From Blastocatellia bacterium (GTDB lineage: Bacteria; Acidobacteriota; Blastocatellia; UBA7656), in contig CAVXWP010000001.1 in assembly GCA_963765495.1 (NCBI GenBank), positions 320,001-384,000 on the forward strand: a DNA stretch of 64,000 bases. Reading direction: 5' to 3'. Positions within the stretch are counted from its first letter, which is position 1, and every line of letters begins with the position of its first letter. Positions 48,165 through 57,212 of the stretch are shown in pieces. A program made the position numbers and the translations under genes. Under the pieces are notes generated by a model that did no database searches, was not told the DNA's origin, and was given only the letters and a program-made list of their open reading frames with translations.

Positions 48165-49163
48165 ATGAGTGACGATTTCGAGACGAGAACACAGGAAGGG
48201 GCGGTACAAACAGAGTCCGCCGAAACACGGGTACAGACAGAGAGTCCTGAAATAGCGCCCGCCGCAGTTGACAGACCCGAACGCGACAAGGAAGAGAGAC
48301 GCAGAGGGGGCGAGCCGGAAGTATTCAAAAAGAGTGTTCCGCGCGAGTATTTCGAATCCGCCGTCGTGACTCTCATCATGGCGCTGTTCGGCATGACTTT
48401 TATAGTTCAGGCGGTAAAGGTTCCTACCGGATCTATGAAAAACACGATCTGGATTCAGGATCACCTGCTTGTGAACAAATTCATTTTCGGCCCGCACCCG
48501 GACCTTAACCTTCCCATTCTGCCCTCGCGAAATATCAGGCGCGGCGATGTCATAGTCTTTAAGTACCCGCAGACGCCGGAGGTAAATTATGTCAAGCGCG
48601 TAATCGGCCTGCCGGGCGAAACGGTCGAGTATAATTCCAGAACCAACCGAATTTATATCAACGGGCAGGAATTGCCCGAACATCGCGTTACGGTCAAGCA
48701 GCAGGAGCCTACCGATCCCAAACCGCTTGAAAACACTGAGGAAGAAGAGAATCCGCCGGGAGCCGAATGGACGGTCTATTATTATGCGGGCGCTCACGAA
48801 AGCGTGGCGGCAAGCTTCAGCGATGAGGAAACCAAGTATGCCGTCAAGCAGCCTTTCAGAATCCCGGTTAAAGACGATCCTATCCCGGATGAGATCATGA
48901 GCGATCCTCAACTTGCCGATATATATGACACAAATCACGACGGACGCTATGATAGCGATCAGTATTTCGTCATGGGTGATAACCGTGATAACAGCCTCGA
49001 CAGCCGATATTGGGGTACGGTTCCTCGCGGACATATTGTCGGACGCGCGATGTTTGTCTACTGGTCAATTGACCGCAGCGAGGGCGAGGGCGGAGGTTCG
49101 AACCCGATATTTGACTTCTTCACAAAATCGCGCTGGTCGCGCACAGGTAAATTCATCAAATGA
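48165..49163 (+). CDS. lepB: Signal peptidase I
   Basis: PTGSM, RGDVIVF, YVKRVIGLPG and MGDNRDNSLDSRYWG motifs. Confidence 0.96.
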   Translation: MSDDFETRTQEGAVQTESAETRVQTESPEIAPAAVDRPERDKEERRRGGEPEVFKKSVPREYFESAVVTLIMALFGMTFIVQAVKVPTGSMKNTIWIQDHLLVNKFIFGPHPDLNLPILPSRNIRRGDVIVFKYPQTPEVNYVKRVIGLPGETVEYNSRTNRIYINGQELPEHRVTVKQQEPTDPKPLENTEEEENPPGAEWTVYYYAGAHESVAASFSDEETKYAVKQPFRIPVKDDPIPDEIMSDPQLADIYDTNHDGRYDSDQYFVMGDNRDNSLDSRYWGTVPRGHIVGRAMFVYWSIDRSEGEGGGSNPIFDFFTKSRWSRTGKFIK

Positions 49164-49227
49164 TGCGTGATGTGTGACCGGAAACGGCATTCATTGCGGG
49201 TCACGCATCACGCATTACGCGTCACGC
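49161..49227. repeat. 7-nt TGCGTGA/TCACGCA element starting at the lepB stop
   Basis: tgatgcgtgatgtgtga...tcacgcatcacgcattacgcgtcacgc. Confidence 0.75.
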
Positions 49228-49245
49228 TTTCTCATCAATAAAGAG

Positions 49246-49611
49246 TTGACACAAGAACGCCTCAAGGAACTGCGCTCGCAGATCAGCGAGATAGGGCAGG
49301 AAATAGACAGCTACAGGACGGTCACTGCCGCAAGCATGGGAGGCGGGGTCTTTCTGCTCTTGCTCGGGCTCGGCGCGGTTTATGATTTATTGACCGGTAA
49401 TACCAGCCTCTGGTCAAAACTGGGTGTGGCGCGAAGTGAATTGTACTGGCTGGCTGGCGCGCTTCTGGCTTTGAGTCTTGTGCTGTTGGCTACGGCTTTT
49501 TTACGCCATAGGCGGCGCGATCTTGAGCGCGAAGCTCATTTGATAGAGCTTGAAGACGAGATGGCTGATTTGCTCGATCAGCAGGACCGGCAATTTCAAA
49601 TCGAGGAATGA
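49246..49611 (+). CDS. Small 2-TM hypothetical protein
   Basis: Coiled-coil, two TM helices, coiled-coil; TTG start chosen because the upstream codons are repeat-derived. Confidence 0.6.
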   Translation: MTQERLKELRSQISEIGQEIDSYRTVTAASMGGGVFLLLLGLGAVYDLLTGNTSLWSKLGVARSELYWLAGALLALSLVLLATAFLRHRRRDLEREAHLIELEDEMADLLDQQDRQFQIEE

Positions 49612-49632
49612 GCGGCCCTGTATTCAAAAGAA

Positions 49633-49660
49633 AAGGACGCGCAACCGATTGCGCGTCCTT
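49633..49660. terminator. Hairpin between convergent genes
   Basis: aaggacgcgcaa-ccga-ttgcgcgtcctt with an A-tract on the left. Confidence 0.7.
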
Positions 49661-49721
49661 CATCCTGGAGCTTTTCCAGGATAACTCACCAAGCATCCAC
49701 CCTACAGATCCAGCGCCCATA

Positions 49722-50153
49722 TTAATGAGCTCGCGTTAACACACCGTTGTCTTTTGCGACAACGCTTATAACTTCCCATCCATCCTGGCCCGGAATAGTC
49801 CAGCCGCGCAAGATAGGTGTGCTTTGTGCGCTCGTTTCATCTATGTTAAACATGAACTTTGTTTTTTCAGGATACTCGCCTGTTTGATACTCTACGCGCG
49901 TGGTTCGAATCATCGCCACCGGCTCGTGCGTCATATCTTCTTCATAAAGCGCGAACAAATTCGGATCATTTGCTTCTATCTGGTAAAGAACATACTTGCC
50001 CATCGGAAGAATGTAATTGCCTACCTGTAATTCGTAAGGCACATTGATCGTATAGTTCAGCCGCTTATTTACGGGTCCCTGTCCAAAACTAAACGTAGCC
50101 AGAGCTGTCACCATCAAGATTGTCGCCAGCATGCTTTTTTTTATTGTTCTCAT
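49722..50153 (-). CDS. Secreted beta-rich hypothetical protein
   Basis: Signal peptide; INVPYELQVGNYILPMGKY; AAGGAGG RBS. Confidence 0.7.
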   Translation of the reverse strand: MRTIKKSMLATILMVTALATFSFGQGPVNKRLNYTINVPYELQVGNYILPMGKYVLYQIEANDPNLFALYEEDMTHEPVAMIRTTRVEYQTGEYPEKTKFMFNIDETSAQSTPILRGWTIPGQDGWEVISVVAKDNGVLTRAH

Positions 50154-50333
50154 TTCCCTTTGCCTCCTTGCTCGTTCCATAAGTACGCTTTTATAGATTG
50201 CAAGGAGCGTGCCAGCCGTTCAGCGCGTAATGAATCGCTCAGTAGGCCAGGGGAAGCTCGAACCTGTCGGGTTTGAGGTCAGGCGCGTATTGTTTTAGTC
50301 GGAGCAAAGGGCAAAGAATTCTTTGCTTTTGCT

Positions 50334-51398
50334 CTATTCGGGAAGGCCGGAATAGTAGATGTCCATATCCTGATCGGCGGCGAGAAAACTCCAGGCCGTG
50401 GGCGAAAGCAGCGTTTCTATCTGTGGGTCCTGTTGTGATGCGGCTACCTGAAAACCGCGTTCCGATCTGGCGATAAAGCCCAGCCGGCGCAGCCTTGAAG
50501 CGATCACCGGGTCCGGCGTCACGCTTATTTCAAGATCGGCGCCGCCTTCTCTTGCAACGTGGTCCAGAAGTAACTGAAGAGTCGCGTCTACTAGCCTCGA
50601 ATCGGCCACGGTGAAAAAATCTACCACTGCCGCGTGCTCGCCCGACAGTTCAAGCGCGACGAAACCTTGAAGCTCGCCGTTTCGGCGGACCGCGAATGGA
50701 ATCTGGCGGCCCGACGGAGCATCCAGATAGCGCCACGTCAAATAACGGCTGTCGCGAACGCAGGCTATAGGGCGGCCCTCTGCCGCGCGCTTGAAGGTCA
50801 GATCGAATTCATCTCCGAATTCAGTGACCCGTTCGAGCGTTATGCCTCGCGCATCGGCTCTGGTCAGCCTGTCGAGCATCATTATTGGGAGGCCCGCGAT
50901 ACGGGCTTCGAGTTTTGAGGGGATTCGAGCGAAGGCCGCGCGATAAACTGCGCGCCCTGTCAGAGGCCGAACCCATCGTTTGAAACTGGTTACTATGTTG
51001 GAACCGGCTTTGACAAGCGCAGAGAGGTTGTTCGGGTTTGGCGGCCCGTACATAAAATCAACGCCGCAGTGTCGCATCCCGGCAAGGCTTTCTATGTGCA
51101 GCCGCGTGGCAAGCCCGCGCCGCCTCACACGCGGTTCGATGTAGCAATCGCCTCCTATCGAGCCTGTTCGCTCGCGCCCGTTTACGATCACTTTCCGAGG
51201 AAAGATAGAGGTGCAGCCCACGGTCTCTCCCGTAGAGCCTTTGATGGCAAGCCAGGTCAGGGCTCGCCCGTGCGGGTTTGACAGGTAAATCCACTCGTAG
51301 CGCGCGGTTATATCCTCGTGCCACATCTTCGATACGAGCGCGATGATACGCTCCCGGTCGTCGTCTTTGGCCTGCCTTATCTCGATTTCGTTTGACAC
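50334..51398 (-). CDS. GNAT-family N-acetyltransferase (tandem GNAT-like)
   Basis: VRRRGLAT acetyl-CoA motif; YGPPNP; RDSRYLTWRY. Confidence 0.8.
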   Translation of the reverse strand: MSNEIEIRQAKDDDRERIIALVSKMWHEDITARYEWIYLSNPHGRALTWLAIKGSTGETVGCTSIFPRKVIVNGRERTGSIGGDCYIEPRVRRRGLATRLHIESLAGMRHCGVDFMYGPPNPNNLSALVKAGSNIVTSFKRWVRPLTGRAVYRAAFARIPSKLEARIAGLPIMMLDRLTRADARGITLERVTEFGDEFDLTFKRAAEGRPIACVRDSRYLTWRYLDAPSGRQIPFAVRRNGELQGFVALELSGEHAAVVDFFTVADSRLVDATLQLLLDHVAREGGADLEISVTPDPVIASRLRRLGFIARSERGFQVAASQQDPQIETLLSPTAWSFLAADQDMDIYYSGLPE

Positions 51399-51556
51399 TA
51401 TTTTCTCAAGCTTCTCAACACTAATCAGATCCTCGCTGGTATGATATTACGAATCGCGCTCAATTCCGGCAATTCTTTTCGGGAGAAGCGCGGCGAGGCG
51501 ATCAAAACGAGCGGGCTTGCGCGCCCGGGATATGAATGGCTGGTATGAGGGGTCAT

Positions 51557-51619
51557 ACGCAAAGGACGGATAGAGGAAGATACCTGTTTGTCATTTATTC
51601 CTCTGCCCGTCCTTTGCGT
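51557..51619. terminator. Long hairpin downstream of the 51651 gene
   Basis: acgcaaaggacggatagaggaa...ttcctctgcccgtcctttgcgt. Confidence 0.55.
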
Positions 51620-51650
51620 GTTTTCTTACACTGAGAGCGCAGATTGTCTC

Positions 51651-52436
51651 TCACTGCCCTGATGGTTTAGTGAATTTCGCATCATCAATAGGCACGTTAT
51701 GCTTGACCTCTTCGACCTTGATATCTATGTCGAAAGAAGGTGTTGACTGTTTCATGGAGAACGGTATCTTGATGCCGTCCACATCCCTGTAATCACTCAT
51801 ATATGCGTGAATGTTTGCCGTGCCCTGAGGAGTTATCCGCACGGAATCAGCACGCACAAGCAGGCCGGTTTGCGTATCGAAATACCACTTTTCAGGGCTG
51901 GCTCCTTCGGGAGTGGCTTCAACTATGTAGACTTCGCGCTCACCAAATTTCTCTTTCCCCTTGAACTCCATTTTGGGATAGAGTTCTTTTAACCTGAGGT
52001 TCTTGAAGAGCTGCGAGTCGATCTTTGTGCTGGCGAGTTCCTCGCCCTCTTTTTCACGAAGCCCGGATTGTGGGTCCTGTGCCCAGGCTGTCTTTCCGTC
52101 GTAGCCTTCCTGTATGGTGCCGTAGCCGGAGACATCAATTACAGCCAGGTTCTTGTCGGGGGCTTTCTCGTAAATCTCTACGGTTCCGCTGGCACCATAA
52201 GCCGCTATCTCGAAAGACCCTTTTGTCACGCGGCTGGTATACTTTTCGATAGCGGCTTTGCCGCCCAGTGCTTCCACATACTTGTTGAGAATCTGATCAA
52301 CGGTCGGAGCAGTGTCGGTCGCCTTCTGAGCGCCCGCTTGCTTCATACCCGTATCTTGTTTGGCCTCCTGCGCGAAGGCGGAAATGGTCGCAAGCGCGAC
52401 AAGCAGAATTACAATCAGCGTCTTTTTCATAAGCAT
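51651..52436 (-). CDS. Secreted LolA-like/DUF620-like hypothetical protein
   Basis: Signal peptide; TVDQILNKYVEALGG...YFDTQTGLL...SDYRDVDGIKIPF...IDDAKF. Confidence 0.7.
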   Translation of the reverse strand: MLMKKTLIVILLVALATISAFAQEAKQDTGMKQAGAQKATDTAPTVDQILNKYVEALGGKAAIEKYTSRVTKGSFEIAAYGASGTVEIYEKAPDKNLAVIDVSGYGTIQEGYDGKTAWAQDPQSGLREKEGEELASTKIDSQLFKNLRLKELYPKMEFKGKEKFGEREVYIVEATPEGASPEKWYFDTQTGLLVRADSVRITPQGTANIHAYMSDYRDVDGIKIPFSMKQSTPSFDIDIKVEEVKHNVPIDDAKFTKPSGQ

Positions 52437-52616
52437 GTCCTTTCCAGATATCGTCTCTTATCACCTTTGATTGCTAAAGATTTTCGGTCTTTAACTGTCA
52501 GGATAGATCATCTTGTACGAGCATATTCTGAATCAGGTTCTCTGTTCAGGCGAATTGCCTGACGATAAGTTTATCGCACCATCTGACATGCAAACAAGAA
52601 ATATGTTTTCTGGAAA

Positions 52617-53324
52617 TTAGATGGAGGAGTTGGATTGTATCAATCGCTCGATGCCCGCTGCGATTGCCTGAGCCATGCGAAGCTGGCCCGATTCGGATTT
52701 GATAAACTCGGCGTCCCTCTTATTGCTTAAGACAACCATCTCGATTGTGACCACGGGGACTTCGGAAAAGATCGAACCTGTGAGCGCGCCCTGTCGCGAG
52801 CCTACAAAGGTTGCGGAATCGCCTCGCACACCACCGTCTTTGAGCGTGTCTTGAAGATTGCTGCTCATCGCTTCGTGCAGAACAAGGGCTGCCCGGTGGC
52901 TGCGGTCTATCACTTCGGGCGAGGGGCCGGTGACGTTTTGCGTCTTTCCCTGTCTGTCGGGATAGTAGAGCGCGAACCCGCTATCGGTGCTCGCGTCACA
53001 ATGGAGTCGGACCATCGCGACCGCGTTTGCTCGATTGGCGATCACAGCGCGGTCGCGGTTTGTAACCAATTCATTCTCAGCCGATTTGGTCATGACCACG
53101 GAGATGCCTTTAGCTTCAAGCAGCGCCCGTAATTTCAGGGCTACAAGCCAGTTGATGTGGACCTCGGTAGTGCCGTTTTGCACTACTTTTCCGCTGCTGG
53201 TTTCAGAGGGGTGGCCGGGGTCTATGCATACGAATGGTTGGGAACTTACCGCTACGTGGCCCGGGGTCGAACACGCAAACAGCAATACGCACAGAAGCGC
53301 GGCCGATACGATTTTCATTATCAT
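52617..53324 (-). CDS. N-acetylmuramoyl-L-alanine amidase (Amidase_3), probable lipoprotein
   Basis: LFAC lipobox; IDPGH, E, LHCD and IEM Zn/catalytic motifs. Confidence 0.85.
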   Translation of the reverse strand: MIMKIVSAALLCVLLFACSTPGHVAVSSQPFVCIDPGHPSETSSGKVVQNGTTEVHINWLVALKLRALLEAKGISVVMTKSAENELVTNRDRAVIANRANAVAMVRLHCDASTDSGFALYYPDRQGKTQNVTGPSPEVIDRSHRAALVLHEAMSSNLQDTLKDGGVRGDSATFVGSRQGALTGSIFSEVPVVTIEMVVLSNKRDAEFIKSESGQLRMAQAIAAGIERLIQSNSSI

Positions 53325-53408
53325 TGATGGCTTATTCCTCCGCTCCAACTGGTTGTTAAGCTCTTCGGCACCGATTAAACTATAGCTTATGTCTACGAGG
53401 AAGAAAAA

Positions 53409-56400
53409 ATGACAACAACCCAGCCTACTACCCAGACAGAACTCGATGATCTCATAGCCGACGAGTTTGGCGTCAACGCCAGCTATGTCGGCAGCCTGCT
53501 TCAGCAATTCAAGAAAAACCCCGCGTCGGTCAACGAAGAGTGGAGGAAATATTTCCGCGAGCTTTTAAGTCAGAACGGCGTGGTTCTTGAACCTGTTGAG
53601 CCCGAAAAGAATGCCGCTGCCAGGCAGCCTCAAACGCAACCTTCGCAGCAATCCGCGCCCGCGCAAACGCAGGAGCCTGCTCCGCAGACACAGCAAGCAG
53701 GTGCGCCAAAGGCCGCGCCAAAAGCGGCCCCTGCGTCTCAACCGGCTGCCCTCGCGCCCAAGCAGGCGGAGCGGATACCGATTCGCGGCCCGGCGCTCAA
53801 AATCGCCGAGAACATGGAGACCAGTCTCCTGGTCCCTACGGCCACTTCACAGCGGGAAATTCCGATCAAGCTGCTGGATGAAAATCGGCGGCTCATAAAC
53901 GAGCACCTCAAGACGAGAGGCCGCAAGGTCTCTTACACTCATCTGATAGCCCGCGCCATCATCAAGGCGCTTGAGAGCTTTCCTCAACTCAACGATTCAT
54001 ATGAAGAGGTGGAGGGGAAAGCTCACCGCGTCCGGCGCGAGGGTGTGAATCTGGGAATCGCTATTGATGTCGCTCGAAAGGACGGGTCTCGCTCGCTTCT
54101 GGTGCCGAGCATCAAGGGCGCAGATCGCATGAGTTTTTCAGAGTTTCTCGATGCCTATAACGACACTGTCGAACGCGCTCGCACGAGCAAGCTCCAGATC
54201 GAAGATTTTCTGGGCACGACAATCAGCCTGACCAATCCCGGCACTATCGGCACTACGGCATCCAACCCGCGACTTATGGCCGGGCAGGGATTGATCGTAG
54301 CCACCGGAGCCATCGAGTTTCCGCCCGAATATCAGGCGATGGCCCCCGAAACGCTTTCGCGTCTGGGCATAAGCAAGGTGATGACGCTCACAAGCACCTA
54401 TGATCACCGCATCATACAGGGGGCAGAATCGGGCGCGTTCCTCGGGCTGCTGGACGAGATGCTCAGAGGCAAGCACGATTTTTATGACGAGATATTCTCA
54501 GACCTCGGGATATATTTCAGACCCTATCGCTGGGCGATTGACCTGAACCCGGCGATACTCGGAGAAGAGCGCCGCCGTGACGAAGTAAGCAAACAGGCTC
54601 GCGTTCTGCAACTGATAAACTCTTATCGGGTGCGCGGCCATCTGATCGCAGACATTGACCCGCTCGGATGGAAAGAGGTTCAGTACCACCCGGAGCTTGA
54701 CATAGAGACTTACGGGCTGACGATATGGGACCTCGACCGCGAATTTATCACAGGGGGGCTGGGCGGAACGGAATCTGCCACCCTGCGCGAGATAGTAGCC
54801 CGATTGCGGCGTTACTATTGCGGCAAGGTCGGCGTCGAATACCGCAACATCTCAGGCCCGGAAGAGAAGGAATGGATTCGCGCGCGAGTCGAAAGAGAGC
54901 AGCCCCCGGTCCCGGTTGAAGTAAAGCAACAGATTTTATGGAAGCTGATTTCGGCCGAATCGTTTGAAAGATTTCTCGGGACAAAATACCTCGGCCAGAA
55001 GCGTTTCTCAATCGAAGGCAACGAAACCGTGATCGCTTTGCTCGATCAGTTGATCGAAAGCTCTGCCCGCCGCTACATCACAGACATAACCATAGGCATG
55101 GCGCATCGCGGTCGCCTGAACGTAATCGCCAACGTCATAGGCAAATTCTGCGAACGGATATTCACAAGCTTTGAAGGCTCGATACATCCTCGTTTCCCTC
55201 ACGATCAGGGCGACGTTAAGTACCACCAGGGCGCGAGCGGTGCGCGAGAAACCGCCGACGGCCGACAGGTATTGCTCGCGGTGGCGTCGAATCCGAGCCA
55301 TCTGGAATTCGTAGACCCGGTGGTCGAAGGGATGGTGCGGGCCAAGCAGGATAAAAGCGACGACCGCGACTCTTTGCTCGCCGTCCTGCTTCACGGTGAC
55401 GCGGCCTTCGCCGGTGAAGGAGTCGTGGCCGAGACCTTGAACCTCATGCAACTGCCGGGTTACAGCACGGGCGGCACGATTCATATAATTTCAAACAATC
55501 AATTGGGGTTTACGACTCCGCCCGAAGAGGGCCGCTCCTCGACCTACAGCACAGACATCGCAAAGATGATTCAGGTGCCGATCTTTCACGTAAACAGCGA
55601 CGACCCGGAGGCGGCTTACAACGTACTCGAAACCGCGCTCGATTATCGACAGAAATTCGGCAAGGACGTGGTGATCGACGTTATAGGCTTTCGACGTCAG
55701 GGGCACAACGAAGGCGACGAACCCACCTATACGCAGCCGGTTATGTACAAGCGCATACGCGAGCATCCGGGAGTGCGGGCGCTCTATGCGCGAAAGATCA
55801 TAAGCGAAGGCGTGATGGATGAACCGGCGGTCGAGGCTCTGGTGCAGGAGCGCATCCGCCGTTATGAAAACGCTCTGCTCGGCGCGAAAGAAATCGTGGC
55901 AAAGGCAGGCACACAACCCGAAATCCCGCCTGAAATCGAAGAGCCAGAACGGCTCGACATACCCGACACGGGTGTGGATCAGGTTACGCTCCGCACCATC
56001 GCTCAGGGGATTACGGCGGTGCCGCAGGGGTTCAATCTGAACCCAAAAATAGTAGGTCTGCTTGCGCGCCGGGCAAAGATGGTCGAAGGCAGCGCGCCGG
56101 TTGACTGGGCTACGGCTGAGGCGCTCGCGCTCGGTTCGTTACTGATAGAAGGGACCACCATAAGAATCACCGGGCAGGACACCGTGCGCGGCACTTTCAG
56201 CCAGCGCCACGCCTCCTTTACCGATATTCAGACGGGTGAAGAGTGGGTGCCGCTGACCACACTTGCATCAGAGGGTTCGCAGTTTCAGATATACGACAGC
56301 CCGCTATCGGAGACCGGGGCGCTTGGTTTCGAATACGGCTACAGCATCACATCGCCGGATGCGCTGGTTTTGTGGGAGGCTCAGTTTGGCGATTTCGCCA

Positions 56401-57137
56401 ACGCCGCGCAGGTGATCATAGACCAGTTTATCTCTGCGGGCGAAGAGAAATGGAATCAGAAGAGCCGCATAGCTCTGCTCTTGCCGCATGGGTATGAAGG
56501 GCAGGGGCCGGAGCATTCAAGCGCGCGGCTTGAGCGATACCTGCAACTCTGCGCCGAAGACAACATGCAGGTAGTCAATTGCACAAACGCCGCGCAGTAT
56601 TTTCACCTGCTGCGCCGTCAGGCAAGACAGGAATCGAGCAAACCGCTGATAATCATGACGCCCAAGAGCTTGCTCAGGCTTCCCGAAGCGGCTTCACCCA
56701 TCGAGCAATTCACAAGCGGCGGGTTTTTGCCCGTACTTCCAGACGATCAGGTGAAGAACGCGACGACAGTCGAGCGCGTGCTGTTGTGCAGCGGCAAGGT
56801 CTATTACGACCTGATTGCCGAGCGCGAGAAACTCGGCGATGAACGTACGGCCATCCTGCGTGTCGAGCAGTTCTATCCGTTTCCAAAGACGCGATTGCCA
56901 AAACAGATAAACCAGTATCCGAACGCGAAAGAGGTTCGATGGGTTCAGGAAGAGCCAAAGAACATGGGCGCGTGGATCTTCATGCAATCGCATCTTCAGG
57001 AATTGCTCGCGCCTGATCAAAAGCTTATCTACGTCGGACGCGCGCCAAGCGCAAGCACCGCCACGGGCTCGCACACCATACACCAGATGGAGCAGCGGAA
57101 GCTTGTGAAGGGAGCTTTTGATAATCGTGAAGCGTGA
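53409..57137 (+). CDS. kgd: Multifunctional 2-oxoglutarate decarboxylase/dehydrogenase (E2-like + E1 fusion)
   Basis: YDHRIIQGAESG; GMAHRGRLN; HGDAAFAGEG ThDP motif; GHNEGDEP; WEAQFGDF. Confidence 0.95.
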   Translation: MTTTQPTTQTELDDLIADEFGVNASYVGSLLQQFKKNPASVNEEWRKYFRELLSQNGVVLEPVEPEKNAAARQPQTQPSQQSAPAQTQEPAPQTQQAGAPKAAPKAAPASQPAALAPKQAERIPIRGPALKIAENMETSLLVPTATSQREIPIKLLDENRRLINEHLKTRGRKVSYTHLIARAIIKALESFPQLNDSYEEVEGKAHRVRREGVNLGIAIDVARKDGSRSLLVPSIKGADRMSFSEFLDAYNDTVERARTSKLQIEDFLGTTISLTNPGTIGTTASNPRLMAGQGLIVATGAIEFPPEYQAMAPETLSRLGISKVMTLTSTYDHRIIQGAESGAFLGLLDEMLRGKHDFYDEIFSDLGIYFRPYRWAIDLNPAILGEERRRDEVSKQARVLQLINSYRVRGHLIADIDPLGWKEVQYHPELDIETYGLTIWDLDREFITGGLGGTESATLREIVARLRRYYCGKVGVEYRNISGPEEKEWIRARVEREQPPVPVEVKQQILWKLISAESFERFLGTKYLGQKRFSIEGNETVIALLDQLIESSARRYITDITIGMAHRGRLNVIANVIGKFCERIFTSFEGSIHPRFPHDQGDVKYHQGASGARETADGRQVLLAVASNPSHLEFVDPVVEGMVRAKQDKSDDRDSLLAVLLHGDAAFAGEGVVAETLNLMQLPGYSTGGTIHIISNNQLGFTTPPEEGRSSTYSTDIAKMIQVPIFHVNSDDPEAAYNVLETALDYRQKFGKDVVIDVIGFRRQGHNEGDEPTYTQPVMYKRIREHPGVRALYARKIISEGVMDEPAVEALVQERIRRYENALLGAKEIVAKAGTQPEIPPEIEEPERLDIPDTGVDQVTLRTIAQGITAVPQGFNLNPKIVGLLARRAKMVEGSAPVDWATAEALALGSLLIEGTTIRITGQDTVRGTFSQRHASFTDIQTGEEWVPLTTLASEGSQFQIYDSPLSETGALGFEYGYSITSPDALVLWEAQFGDFANAAQVIIDQFISAGEEKWNQKSRIALLLPHGYEGQGPEHSSARLERYLQLCAEDNMQVVNCTNAAQYFHLLRRQARQESSKPLIIMTPKSLLRLPEAASPIEQFTSGGFLPVLPDDQVKNATTVERVLLCSGKVYYDLIAEREKLGDERTAILRVEQFYPFPKTRLPKQINQYPNAKEVRWVQEEPKNMGAWIFMQSHLQELLAPDQKLIYVGRAPSASTATGSHTIHQMEQRKLVKGAFDNREA

Positions 57138-57212
57138 AGCGTGAAGCGTGACTTTCAAGGCAGCCTGCCTGTTAAAGACAACTTGCAGTAAATCACGCAT
57201 CACGCATCACGA
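57125..57212. repeat. 7-nt GCGTGA/TCACGC element containing the kgd and cca stops
   Basis: tcgtgaagcgtgaagcgtgaagcgtga...tcacgcatcacgcatcacga. Confidence 0.85.

Noticed and set aside
53409-57137. E2-E1 fusion as a novelty
   Set aside because: Known KGD/OdhA architecture
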